A stretch of DNA of 64,000 bases. Origin: Planctomycetota bacterium (GTDB lineage: Bacteria; Planctomycetota; UBA8108; SXIK01). This document shows positions 56,373 to 64,000 of this stretch, piece after piece; position 1 is the first letter of the stretch, and every line of letters begins with the position of its first letter. The DNA lies in assembly GCA_965223845.1 (NCBI GenBank), contig CBDCXR010000004.1, positions 4,096,001 through 4,160,000 on the forward strand. Direction: 5' to 3'. The position numbers were made by a program, and so were the translations under genes. The notes under the pieces are model-generated. The model was given only the letters and a program-made list of their open reading frames with translations, made no database searches and was not told the DNA's origin.

Positions 56373-57419
56373 GTGCGTCGCATTCACGTCGTTCTCGCGG
56401 TCGCGTGCGCGGCGGTGCTCGCACCGACCTCGACCCGAAGCGACGAGGACGCTTCGAAGGCGCCCCCCGAGATTCGCGTCGGGATCATCGGACTCGACAC
56501 TTCACACGCGCCGGCGTTCACGAAGGCATTTCTCGATCCTCAGGATTCGAAGGATCTCGCGGCGTGCCGCGTCGTCGCAGCGTATCCGAAGGGGAGCCCC
56601 GATATCGAGTCGAGCGTCTCTCGCGTCCCCAAGTACACGGCGGAACTGCGTGAGCTCGGAGTCGACATCGTCGATTCGATCGCTGCGCTCGTCGAGCGCG
56701 TCGACGCGGTCCTCCTCGAAACGAACGACGGCCGCCCGCACCTCGATCAGATCGTTCCCGTGCTGGAAGCGGGAAAGCCCGTCTTCGTCGACAAACCCGT
56801 GGCGGGCTCGCTCGCCGACGCGATCGCGATCTATGAGCTCGCCTCGGCAAAGAAGGTCCCGGTGTTCAGCTCCTCGTCACTTCGCTACATGAAGAGCGCC
56901 CAGGAGATCCGCGGGGGCGCGATCGGCGACGTATTGGGCGCCGACGTCTACAGTCCCGCCTGGCTCGAGAAGACTCATCCGGATCTCTTTTGGTACGGAA
57001 TCCACGGCGTCGAGACGCTCTTCACCGTGATGGGTACGGGATGCGTTTCCGTCACCCGTACGACGACTCCAGGCGCGGATGTCGTCGTCGGGCACTGGGC
57101 GAACGGACGCATCGGGACGTTTCGCGGACTCCGAAGCGGAAAGACGGGGTACGGCGGGATCGCGTTCGGCGCGAAGGGAAATCGCGGCATCGGCCCCTAC
57201 GGGGGTTATCGCCCACTCGTCATCGAGATCGCGCAGTTCTTTCGCACCGGCACGAAGCCGATCTCGGATCGGGAGACCATCGAGATCTACGCGTTTATGG
57301 AAGCCGCCGACGAGAGCAAGCGGCGCGGCGGCGAGTCGGTGGAGCTGAAGAGCGTGATCGAGCGCGCCCGTCGCGAAGCGACGGAGCGACTGTCTCGGAT
57401 CAGTCGAATCGCCCAGTGA
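56373..57419 (+). CDS. Exported Gfo/Idh/MocA oxidoreductase
   Basis: VGIIGLDTSH, VFVDKP, FSSSSLRY, WYGIHGVE. Start uncertain; the ORF is open from 56238. Confidence 0.85.
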   Translation: MRRIHVVLAVACAAVLAPTSTRSDEDASKAPPEIRVGIIGLDTSHAPAFTKAFLDPQDSKDLAACRVVAAYPKGSPDIESSVSRVPKYTAELRELGVDIVDSIAALVERVDAVLLETNDGRPHLDQIVPVLEAGKPVFVDKPVAGSLADAIAIYELASAKKVPVFSSSSLRYMKSAQEIRGGAIGDVLGADVYSPAWLEKTHPDLFWYGIHGVETLFTVMGTGCVSVTRTTTPGADVVVGHWANGRIGTFRGLRSGKTGYGGIAFGAKGNRGIGPYGGYRPLVIEIAQFFRTGTKPISDRETIEIYAFMEAADESKRRGGESVELKSVIERARREATERLSRISRIAQ

Positions 57420-57469
57420 ACGGCGCAGCCGAGATGAGCGGCGCGAACGGAACGGGTTAGAATCCCTGC

Positions 57470-58864
57470 ATGAGACAATCGAGCCACCAGCATCGTCCGA
57501 GCCGCGCTGCCGCGATCACGATGCTCTCCGTGTCGCTCTCGCTCTCGGCGGCCGTCTCGGCACAGACGAAGAAACGCGACATCTCGCCTAGCGCGGAGAA
57601 ACGCTTTCGCCAGGAGCTCACTCGCGCTCTGGTCGCTCCGGCCGAGGCCCGCGGCCGCGCCGCGAAGAAGTTGAGCGCGACGGCGAAGAAGCTCGAAAAG
57701 AAATACTCCTTCGAAAGTCTCATTCGCGCCTTGCGCGCCGGACCGGTGCGTCCGAACGGAGTCCCGAAGCCGAGGCGCACCGCGAGTGGACGGCCCGAGA
57801 AGCTCACTCGCTACGGGAGCGTCGTCACGGGATTCGCGTTCGCGGTGGACGGCGCTAGCTACCGCTACGCGGTCGACGTTCCCGAAAGTTACACGGGCGA
57901 GGAGCCGGTCCCGCTGCTCATCGATCCGGGGCACGGGACGGGCGCGAAGAAAGATCAGAAGGGAAAGGCCGACTTCCTCCCCTTCTACCGCAACATGGCG
58001 ACGCGGGCGCCGAGCGGTGAACGCTGGCTGATCGCCCGCACGGAGATCGTCGAACAAATCGGTGCGGACGGGATCGGGCCGCAAGGTGCGCTCCCCGAGG
58101 ATGCGGTCGCTCGCGTCTTCGACGCCTTTCTTCACGACATCGCAGTCCGCTTTCACGTCGATCTCGATCGCATCTACGTCGCCGGTCTATCGCAAACCGG
58201 GTTTTGGGCTTGGTACCTCGCGAAGAGTCTGCCGGATCGCTTCGCCGGTGCCGCCCCCATGTCGTCCGTCACGTGGCAGGTGAATCGCTATCTACCCAAT
58301 CTGCGCCACGTTCCCGTCTCTATTCTCCACGGCGAGCTCGACCGCGTGTGCCCGGCTTCGCAGTCGCGGCGAACGTTCGAGCTGCTCGAAAAGCTCGAGT
58401 TTCCCGTGACCTACGAGGAGGTGAGCGGCGCGGCACACGACGGCCGCGTATGGGGTCGTCTCGGCGGTGTTCTGGGGAAGCTGTCCGAAACTCCGCGGAC
58501 TCTCTACCCGAAAAAGATCGAGAAGAACGTTCAGACGACGAAGACACCTTGGTGCTATTGGGTCCGCGTCGACAAGCTCGACAAGGTCGGCGATGGCAAA
58601 GCCGCCAGCCGACCGACCGCCTCACTGAAAGCGGAGATCGAGGGACAGCGAATCCTTGTGCAATCGGAAGGGGTCAAGAGGATGACCCTCGCCCTCTCGC
58701 GCGAGCTCCTCGACCTCGACGAGCCGATCCGAGTCGTGTGGAACGGGAAGACGAAACGAATCGACCGCCCGAAGCGTGACTTCGCCCGGTCGGTCGTGAC
58801 GGCCATCGAACGAGGTGACTGGGCGCGCACGTTCGAAGGATTCGTCACCCTCGGGGGACGCTGA
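57470..58864 (+). CDS. Exported alpha/beta hydrolase (esterase/peptidase-like)
   Basis: VDLDRIYVAGLSQTG nucleophile elbow, HGELD acid, AAHD histidine; signal peptide. Confidence 0.75.
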   Translation: MRQSSHQHRPSRAAAITMLSVSLSLSAAVSAQTKKRDISPSAEKRFRQELTRALVAPAEARGRAAKKLSATAKKLEKKYSFESLIRALRAGPVRPNGVPKPRRTASGRPEKLTRYGSVVTGFAFAVDGASYRYAVDVPESYTGEEPVPLLIDPGHGTGAKKDQKGKADFLPFYRNMATRAPSGERWLIARTEIVEQIGADGIGPQGALPEDAVARVFDAFLHDIAVRFHVDLDRIYVAGLSQTGFWAWYLAKSLPDRFAGAAPMSSVTWQVNRYLPNLRHVPVSILHGELDRVCPASQSRRTFELLEKLEFPVTYEEVSGAAHDGRVWGRLGGVLGKLSETPRTLYPKKIEKNVQTTKTPWCYWVRVDKLDKVGDGKAASRPTASLKAEIEGQRILVQSEGVKRMTLALSRELLDLDEPIRVVWNGKTKRIDRPKRDFARSVVTAIERGDWARTFEGFVTLGGR

Positions 58865-58868
58865 CAGG

Positions 58869-59702
58869 GTGGCCGAGCTCCCCTTCGCCGATCTCAGCTT
58901 GGCGCGTCGTCTCGAGCGCGCCGAAGGCTCCAGCTGCGCCGGCTTCGTCGAAACGCGCCGCGAGATCGAGCCGAGGAGCGGCGCCGCGGTCTTCCGGCAA
59001 GCGGGGGCGCTCGCGATGTTCGACGGACCGGAGTCGCCGCTCACTCAGACCTTCGGGCTCGGAGTGTTCGATCCCGTCGGCGACTCGGATCTGGACGCGA
59101 TCGAGGCGTTCTACCGCGAGCGTTCGACGCCCGTCCAACTCGAAGTCTGTCCTCTCGCCGGAGTCGAGCTCACGGCGCGGCTCGTCGGGCGTGGCTACGC
59201 GCCCATAGAGATGAGCAGCGTCCTCTATCGCGACTTGACGGCGAGGATCGAGATCGAAGGCTCGCGCGACGAAGCGCTGCGGGTGCGTGCAGCCGATCAC
59301 GATGAAGCAAACCTCTGGGCCGAGACCGCAGCCCGCGGCTGGAGCGAGTTCGGCGACTGTCTCGAGCTCCTCCGTTTCGCAGCGACGGTCAACACTCGCC
59401 GCGAGGGCGCCCACTCGTTCCTCGTCGAAATCGACGGCGAGGCGATCGCCGCGGGCGCACTTTTTCTCGACGCGGACGGAACGATCCTCCTCGCCGGTGC
59501 GAGCACCGTCCCGAGCTTCCGCCGCCGCGGAGCGCAGCGAGCACTCCTCGAGCATCGACTCGAGTTTGCACGAGAGCGCGGCAGCGATCTCGTCATGATG
59601 GTCGCGGAACCCGGGAGCACGTCCCAGCGAAACGCGGAACGCAACGGCTTCCGCATCGCGTACACGCGAACGAAGTGGCGGCTCGACCACCCTCCAGCCT
59701 AG
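58869..59702 (+). CDS. GNAT family N-acetyltransferase
   Basis: ASTVPSFRRRGAQRALL acetyl-CoA motif; SQRNAERNGFRIAYTR. Confidence 0.88.
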   Translation: MAELPFADLSLARRLERAEGSSCAGFVETRREIEPRSGAAVFRQAGALAMFDGPESPLTQTFGLGVFDPVGDSDLDAIEAFYRERSTPVQLEVCPLAGVELTARLVGRGYAPIEMSSVLYRDLTARIEIEGSRDEALRVRAADHDEANLWAETAARGWSEFGDCLELLRFAATVNTRREGAHSFLVEIDGEAIAAGALFLDADGTILLAGASTVPSFRRRGAQRALLEHRLEFARERGSDLVMMVAEPGSTSQRNAERNGFRIAYTRTKWRLDHPPA

Positions 59703-59741
59703 TCGTTGTTTGACCGCTCCGACGAGAGTACGCTCGGGCGC

Positions 59742-60590
59742 ATGGCTACTTCTCGCGGAACGAAAGCCGCGATCGCCGCCGGCGGACTCGTCCTCGCCGT
59801 CGCCGCTGCGACCGCTCTTCTTTGGAAGCCCATCCTGAGCGGGTACTACCTCCGCGAGTTCCGTTCCGAGCCGGAAACGGTTTTCGCTTGGCTGGACGCG
59901 CCGGCCGAAACCGCGCGGGGACGGGCCGTGCGAACTTTCCTCCGCGGCAAAGCAGGCGGTGCGGTCTTTTTTTCGGAGTTTCGCGACGTCGTGCTCGCGA
60001 CCGTACTCCCTCCCGGCGGCACAGACGCACTCTTCGAAGCCTTCGTGTGGACGACCGGCGACTACGTCTCGTTCTTTCAGTGGGGATCGACTTCGATCGG
60101 CCGCTACGGCGACCTCGGTGGATCGAACGGCGCGGGCTCGATCAATAGCCCACACGATCTCGCCGCGCGACGACGGCGGCTGCTCTCCGGATTCGACACG
60201 GTCGCCGGCCTCCGGTTCGAGCTCCCCGAGTACCCGGAGCTCTCGTTTGCGATTCTCTCCCGCGATGCGGCGTTCGAGGCGAGCGCGGCACCGCTTCGGC
60301 GAGAGATCTCGACTCGCCTTCCGGACGGAGTTTGGGTTTGCCACGTCCGCCGGGTCGGGGCCTCGCGGATTCCCAAGCTGGTCGAGCTCCTCGGCGATTC
60401 CTACGTAACGCATCGCATCGACGCCGCGAACCTGCTCGGTGAGTTGGGAGCGCGGGCGAGGGTGGCGATCCCTGCCCTCGAAGCCGTCACTCGCGAGGAG
60501 ATGATCGAGCTCTTCCCGCAGGTGGATCGAGCCGTGCGCGACGCGCTCGCAAGGATCCGCGGGGAAGACGCACCGAGTCACTCCGAGTGA
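59742..60590 (+). CDS. Hypothetical membrane-anchored protein with C-terminal HEAT-like repeat
   Basis: N-terminal TM; IPKLVELLGD...RIDAANLLGELG...AIPALE...VRDALARI. Confidence 0.55.
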   Translation: MATSRGTKAAIAAGGLVLAVAAATALLWKPILSGYYLREFRSEPETVFAWLDAPAETARGRAVRTFLRGKAGGAVFFSEFRDVVLATVLPPGGTDALFEAFVWTTGDYVSFFQWGSTSIGRYGDLGGSNGAGSINSPHDLAARRRRLLSGFDTVAGLRFELPEYPELSFAILSRDAAFEASAAPLRREISTRLPDGVWVCHVRRVGASRIPKLVELLGDSYVTHRIDAANLLGELGARARVAIPALEAVTREEMIELFPQVDRAVRDALARIRGEDAPSHSE

Positions 60591-60591
60591 G

Positions 60592-61905
60592 CTAGACCGA
60601 AGGTCGAGAAGCGCACCACGCGGGTCCGCTGGGGTACTCGTACTCGTCGAGAGAAGCCGCGTGCATCTCGGTACTGTAGCCGGCGTCCTCCGGCGGTAGA
60701 TAGCGCTCGCCGCGCGTCCGGACCCGATGGACGAAGTGCTCATGCAAGTGGTCGACGAATTCGGCGACGCGGTTCTCGAGTGAACCGCTCACGCAGATGT
60801 AGTCCGCCAGCACGAGATGCTGGACGTGCTCACAGAGCCCGACGCCGCCAGCGTGAGGGCAGACGGGGACACCGAACTTCGCCGCCATGAGGAGAACGGC
60901 TAGGATCTCGTTCACTCCACCGAGTCGACAACTGTCGATCTGACAAAACTGGATCGCGTCAGCCTGGAAGAACTGTTTGAACATGACCCGATTGTGACAG
61001 CACTCGCCCGTCGCTACGCCGATCGGATGGAGCGCACGCGCGATCGCCGCGTGGCCGAGAATGTCATCGGGACTCGTCGGCTCTTCGATCCACCAGGGGT
61101 CGAACTCGGCGAGCACGCGCATGTGCTCGATGGCCTCAGGAACGTCCCAAATCTGGTTCGCGTCCATCATCAGCTTGCGATCGGGGCCGATCTCCTCGCG
61201 GATGATTCTCGCGCGCCTCACGTCCTCTTCGAGATCGCGGCCGACCTTGATCTTGAACTTCGACCACCCCGCGGCGAGGGCTTCGCGGCAGAGGCGGCGG
61301 AGCTCATCGTCGGAGTACCCGAGCCAACCCGTCGACGTCGTGTACGCCGGGTACCCGTCCCGCCGCATCTCCGCTTCGCGCTGCGCACGCGTCGGCTCCC
61401 ACTCGCGGAGCATGGAATAGGCCTCGTCGGGAGTGAGCGCGTCCGAAATGTGGCGAAAATCGATCGCGCGCACCCACTCCTCGGGGCTCAGATCGCTGAG
61501 GAGCTTCCAAAGCGGCTTTCCTTCGCTCTTCGCGTAGAGATCCCACACGGCGTTGACGACGGCCGCCGACGCGAGATGGACGACGCCCTTCTCCGGTCCG
61601 AGCCAGCGGAGTTGGCTGTCGCCGGTCACGGATCGCCAGAAGCCGGCCATGTCGTCCCGAATGTCGTCGAGCGAACGCCCGACCACGAACGGTCGCAGCG
61701 ACTCGATCGCGGCCGCACAGAGCTCGGTTCCGCGTCCGATCGTGAACGCGAGGCCGTTCCCGTAGAGTTCGCTGCGATCGGTGTCGAGCGTCAGATAGGC
61801 CGCCGAATAATCGGGATCGGGATTCATCGCGTCCGAGCCCGCGAGCGTTCGCGAGGTCGGGAAACGAATGTCCCGCACGGTGAGATCCGTGATCGTGAGA
61901 TTCAT
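60592..61905 (-). CDS. fucD: L-fuconate dehydratase (enolase superfamily, ENOSF1/rTS-like)
   Basis: DIRFPTS...GSDAMNPDPDYSAAY, KIKVG, DANQ, WIEEPTSPDD, GE, CPHAGGVGL. Confidence 0.9.
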   Translation of the reverse strand: MNLTITDLTVRDIRFPTSRTLAGSDAMNPDPDYSAAYLTLDTDRSELYGNGLAFTIGRGTELCAAAIESLRPFVVGRSLDDIRDDMAGFWRSVTGDSQLRWLGPEKGVVHLASAAVVNAVWDLYAKSEGKPLWKLLSDLSPEEWVRAIDFRHISDALTPDEAYSMLREWEPTRAQREAEMRRDGYPAYTTSTGWLGYSDDELRRLCREALAAGWSKFKIKVGRDLEEDVRRARIIREEIGPDRKLMMDANQIWDVPEAIEHMRVLAEFDPWWIEEPTSPDDILGHAAIARALHPIGVATGECCHNRVMFKQFFQADAIQFCQIDSCRLGGVNEILAVLLMAAKFGVPVCPHAGGVGLCEHVQHLVLADYICVSGSLENRVAEFVDHLHEHFVHRVRTRGERYLPPEDAGYSTEMHAASLDEYEYPSGPAWCASRPSV

Positions 61906-61932
61906 CGTGCCGACGGCCGAACTCCCGCCGAC

Positions 61933-62874
61933 TCAGAGACCCAGCGCACGATCCATCCGCCCGGCGATCTCCTTCATGCGATTTCGGTCTCCGCCACCGA
62001 CCTCCGCCGTCGACCATCCGCTGAAGCGAATGTCCTTGAGCGCTCGCCGGACATCGGCCCAGTCGACGTCGCCGTCGCCGATCTTCGTCCAGCTCCCGCT
62101 CGGCCGATCACTCTTCTTCCAGTCCTTCACATCGAGCTTCACGATGCGCCGGCCGAGGGTGCGAATCCACTCCGCGGGCTTCCCGAAGCGCTGGTGATTC
62201 CCGATGTCGAAGTAGACGCCGACCCAGGGACTGTCGATCTCGTCGATGTAGCGCGCGAGCTGCTTTGCCGTCTGGTTGTCCGGTCCGTTCGGATCGTAGC
62301 AGAATCCGTTCCAGACATTTTCTATCAGGATGTGAATGCCCAGCCGCGACGCGAGTGGAAGCGCCTTACGAATCTCCACGATCGATCGATCCCAGACGTG
62401 CTGGTGGTTTTCCCGTTCCGGGTTTCGCACCGCTCCCGGTACGAGGAGAACGGCCGAACCTCCGAGGAAGCTCGTCTCCTCGATCGCGGTCTTGAGCCCG
62501 GCGAGCCCCTTGGCGCGCACTTCCTCGCTCGGATCCGAAAGTCGCGTTCCCCAGTGGATGCTGTCGACGACGCCGTGGATCGGAAGTCCGACTTCCGTGC
62601 TCGCCGCCCGCGCCTTCTTCTTGTCCGCGCCGCCGGGACTATTCATCTCGACGCCGTCGTAGCCGAGATCCTTGAGGATCTGAAACTTCTCCTTGATCGA
62701 AATCTTCTCGCCGAACATCCCGAACTTGACGGATTTATAGATCGTTCCGCGGTGCTCGCCCGTCGACTCGTCGGCGGCGAACGCCGCGCGCGCGCCGAAA
62801 CCAAATGGAGCGGCGATCGTCAACGCCGCGGCAGACTGCTGAAGAAACTCTCGGCGAAAGACTCGTCGGGACAT
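61933..62874 (-). CDS. Tat-exported sugar phosphate isomerase/epimerase (hexulose-6-phosphate isomerase-like)
   Basis: FRREFL Tat motif; GYDGVE, IENVWN, YFDIGN, KLDVKD, GDGDVDW. Confidence 0.85.
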   Translation of the reverse strand: MSRRVFRREFLQQSAAALTIAAPFGFGARAAFAADESTGEHRGTIYKSVKFGMFGEKISIKEKFQILKDLGYDGVEMNSPGGADKKKARAASTEVGLPIHGVVDSIHWGTRLSDPSEEVRAKGLAGLKTAIEETSFLGGSAVLLVPGAVRNPERENHQHVWDRSIVEIRKALPLASRLGIHILIENVWNGFCYDPNGPDNQTAKQLARYIDEIDSPWVGVYFDIGNHQRFGKPAEWIRTLGRRIVKLDVKDWKKSDRPSGSWTKIGDGDVDWADVRRALKDIRFSGWSTAEVGGGDRNRMKEIAGRMDRALGL

Positions 62875-62932
62875 CCGGGAACTCCTTTTGAGGTGAGAAA
62901 AGGTCGAAGTGGTCGAGCATCGAGGATCGGCC

Positions 62933-64000
62933 TCAGCGGGAGATTCGGCGCTCGAGCTGCGTGGGGCGAGGATTCAGCGTCTTCTTGTGTTTCGCGACGA
63001 GATCACGCAGCGACTCGATCACGTCGGCGTGGGACGCAGCGACATCGTACTTCTCCGACGGGTCGTGCTCGAGATTGTAGAGCAGCGGCGGATCGTGCTC
63101 GGTCACCGTACGGTCGCGACCGTAGGCTGGCTGCGTTTTGAAGTGAGCCTTGAAGGGACCGCTTCGCACGGCGTAGAGCTGCTGTCCGCGGTAGAAGAAC
63201 ATATCCTGCCGTGGGTTCGGTCCCTTTGCGGTCAGAAGGGGAGTGAGATCGACGCCATCGAGAACACGATCCGCGGGAGGCGCTCCACCGGCAAGCGAGA
63301 CGAACGTCGGCAACAAATCGAGCGTGCTCGCGATGCCGGTCGCGACGCTGCCCGCCGGAATCCTTCCCGGCCACCACGCGATGCACGGCTCGCGCATTCC
63401 ACCTTCAAACGTGCAGCCCTTCCCTTCGCGTAGGAGTCCGGCCGATCCGCCCTGGTCGCCGAAGATGAGCCACGGCCCGTTGTCGCTCGTAAATAGAACG
63501 AGAGTCCTCTCCGCGAGTCCCTCGGTTCGGAGGGTCGACAGGACCTCACCGACCGTCCAGTCGATCTCCTCGATCACGTCGCCGTAGAGCCCGCGGAGAC
63601 TCTTTCCGGCAAACGCATCCGACCGGAAGAGCGGAACGTGCGGGAGATTGTGCGCGAGGTAGAGAAAGAACGGCTTCTCCTTGCTCGCGCGAATGAACTG
63701 CACGGCCTCTTCAGCGAATCGCCGCGTGATCGTCGTTTGGTCGGCGGGACGCTCGACGATCTTCTCGTCGCGGATGAGCGGGACGTTCCAGTATTCAGAT
63801 TTGGGCTTTAAGAACGCCGCGCGTCCCTTCGGTGCGCTTGCAACGCGGTCCATGTCATTCGAGTACGGAATCCCGAAGTAGCGATCGAATCCGTGCCGCG
63901 GCGGCAGATGTTCGGGGAGATGACCGAGGTGCCACTTTCCGATCGCCGCGGTCGCGTAGCCGAGGGGCTTCAAGGCCTCGGCGATGGTGATCTCGGCGGC
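62933..64000 (-). CDS. Arylsulfatase A-like sulfatase, 5'-truncated by the window edge
   Basis: EITIAEALKPLGYATAAIGKWHLG, GIPYSNDM, PHVP, TSDNGPW, GKG.TFEGGMR; frame is open to 64000. Confidence 0.92.
   Translation of the reverse strand, partial: AAEITIAEALKPLGYATAAIGKWHLGHLPEHLPPRHGFDRYFGIPYSNDMDRVASAPKGRAAFLKPKSEYWNVPLIRDEKIVERPADQTTITRRFAEEAVQFIRASKEKPFFLYLAHNLPHVPLFRSDAFAGKSLRGLYGDVIEEIDWTVGEVLSTLRTEGLAERTLVLFTSDNGPWLIFGDQGGSAGLLREGKGCTFEGGMREPCIAWWPGRIPAGSVATGIASTLDLLPTFVSLAGGAPPADRVLDGVDLTPLLTAKGPNPRQDMFFYRGQQLYAVRSGPFKAHFKTQPAYGRDRTVTEHDPPLLYNLEHDPSEKYDVAASHADVIESLRDLVAKHKKTLNPRPTQLERRISR

Overview
High-GC, gene-dense bacterial chromosomal segment with about 41 CDS. I found no rRNA, tRNA, CRISPR array, integrase or transposase. 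Gene content (DUF1501 + DUF1549/DUF1553, planctomycete cytochrome c domain, DUF1080 proteins, sulfatases, CRTAC1/ASPIC, CotH-lamin-tail-dockerin protein) points to Planctomycetota (inference). The window holds carbohydrate/sulfate catabolism genes, a Rieske/cytochrome b complex whose cytochrome b carries three c-type heme motifs, a MacAB-type exporter with a (GAA)12 tract inside the operon, DNA-repair genes and many exported hydrolases. The top candidate for an undescribed system is a two-gene unit at 41002-43854: a divergent PspA/Vipp1 (ESCRT-III superfamily) protein followed by a two-domain classic-clade AAA+ ATPase with a Vps4/p97-like pore loop, i.e. a possible bacterial ESCRT-III/Vps4-like membrane-remodelling pair. 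The ATPase gene is bracketed by inverted copies of a 38-bp palindromic repeat that also occurs upstream of the Rieske gene. Other notable items: a zinc-less, plant/fungal-type Fpg, an SGNH-nitrilase fusion, and a PHM/DBH-like copper monooxygenase. All family calls come from motif recognition by eye, not database searches; several start codons are best guesses.
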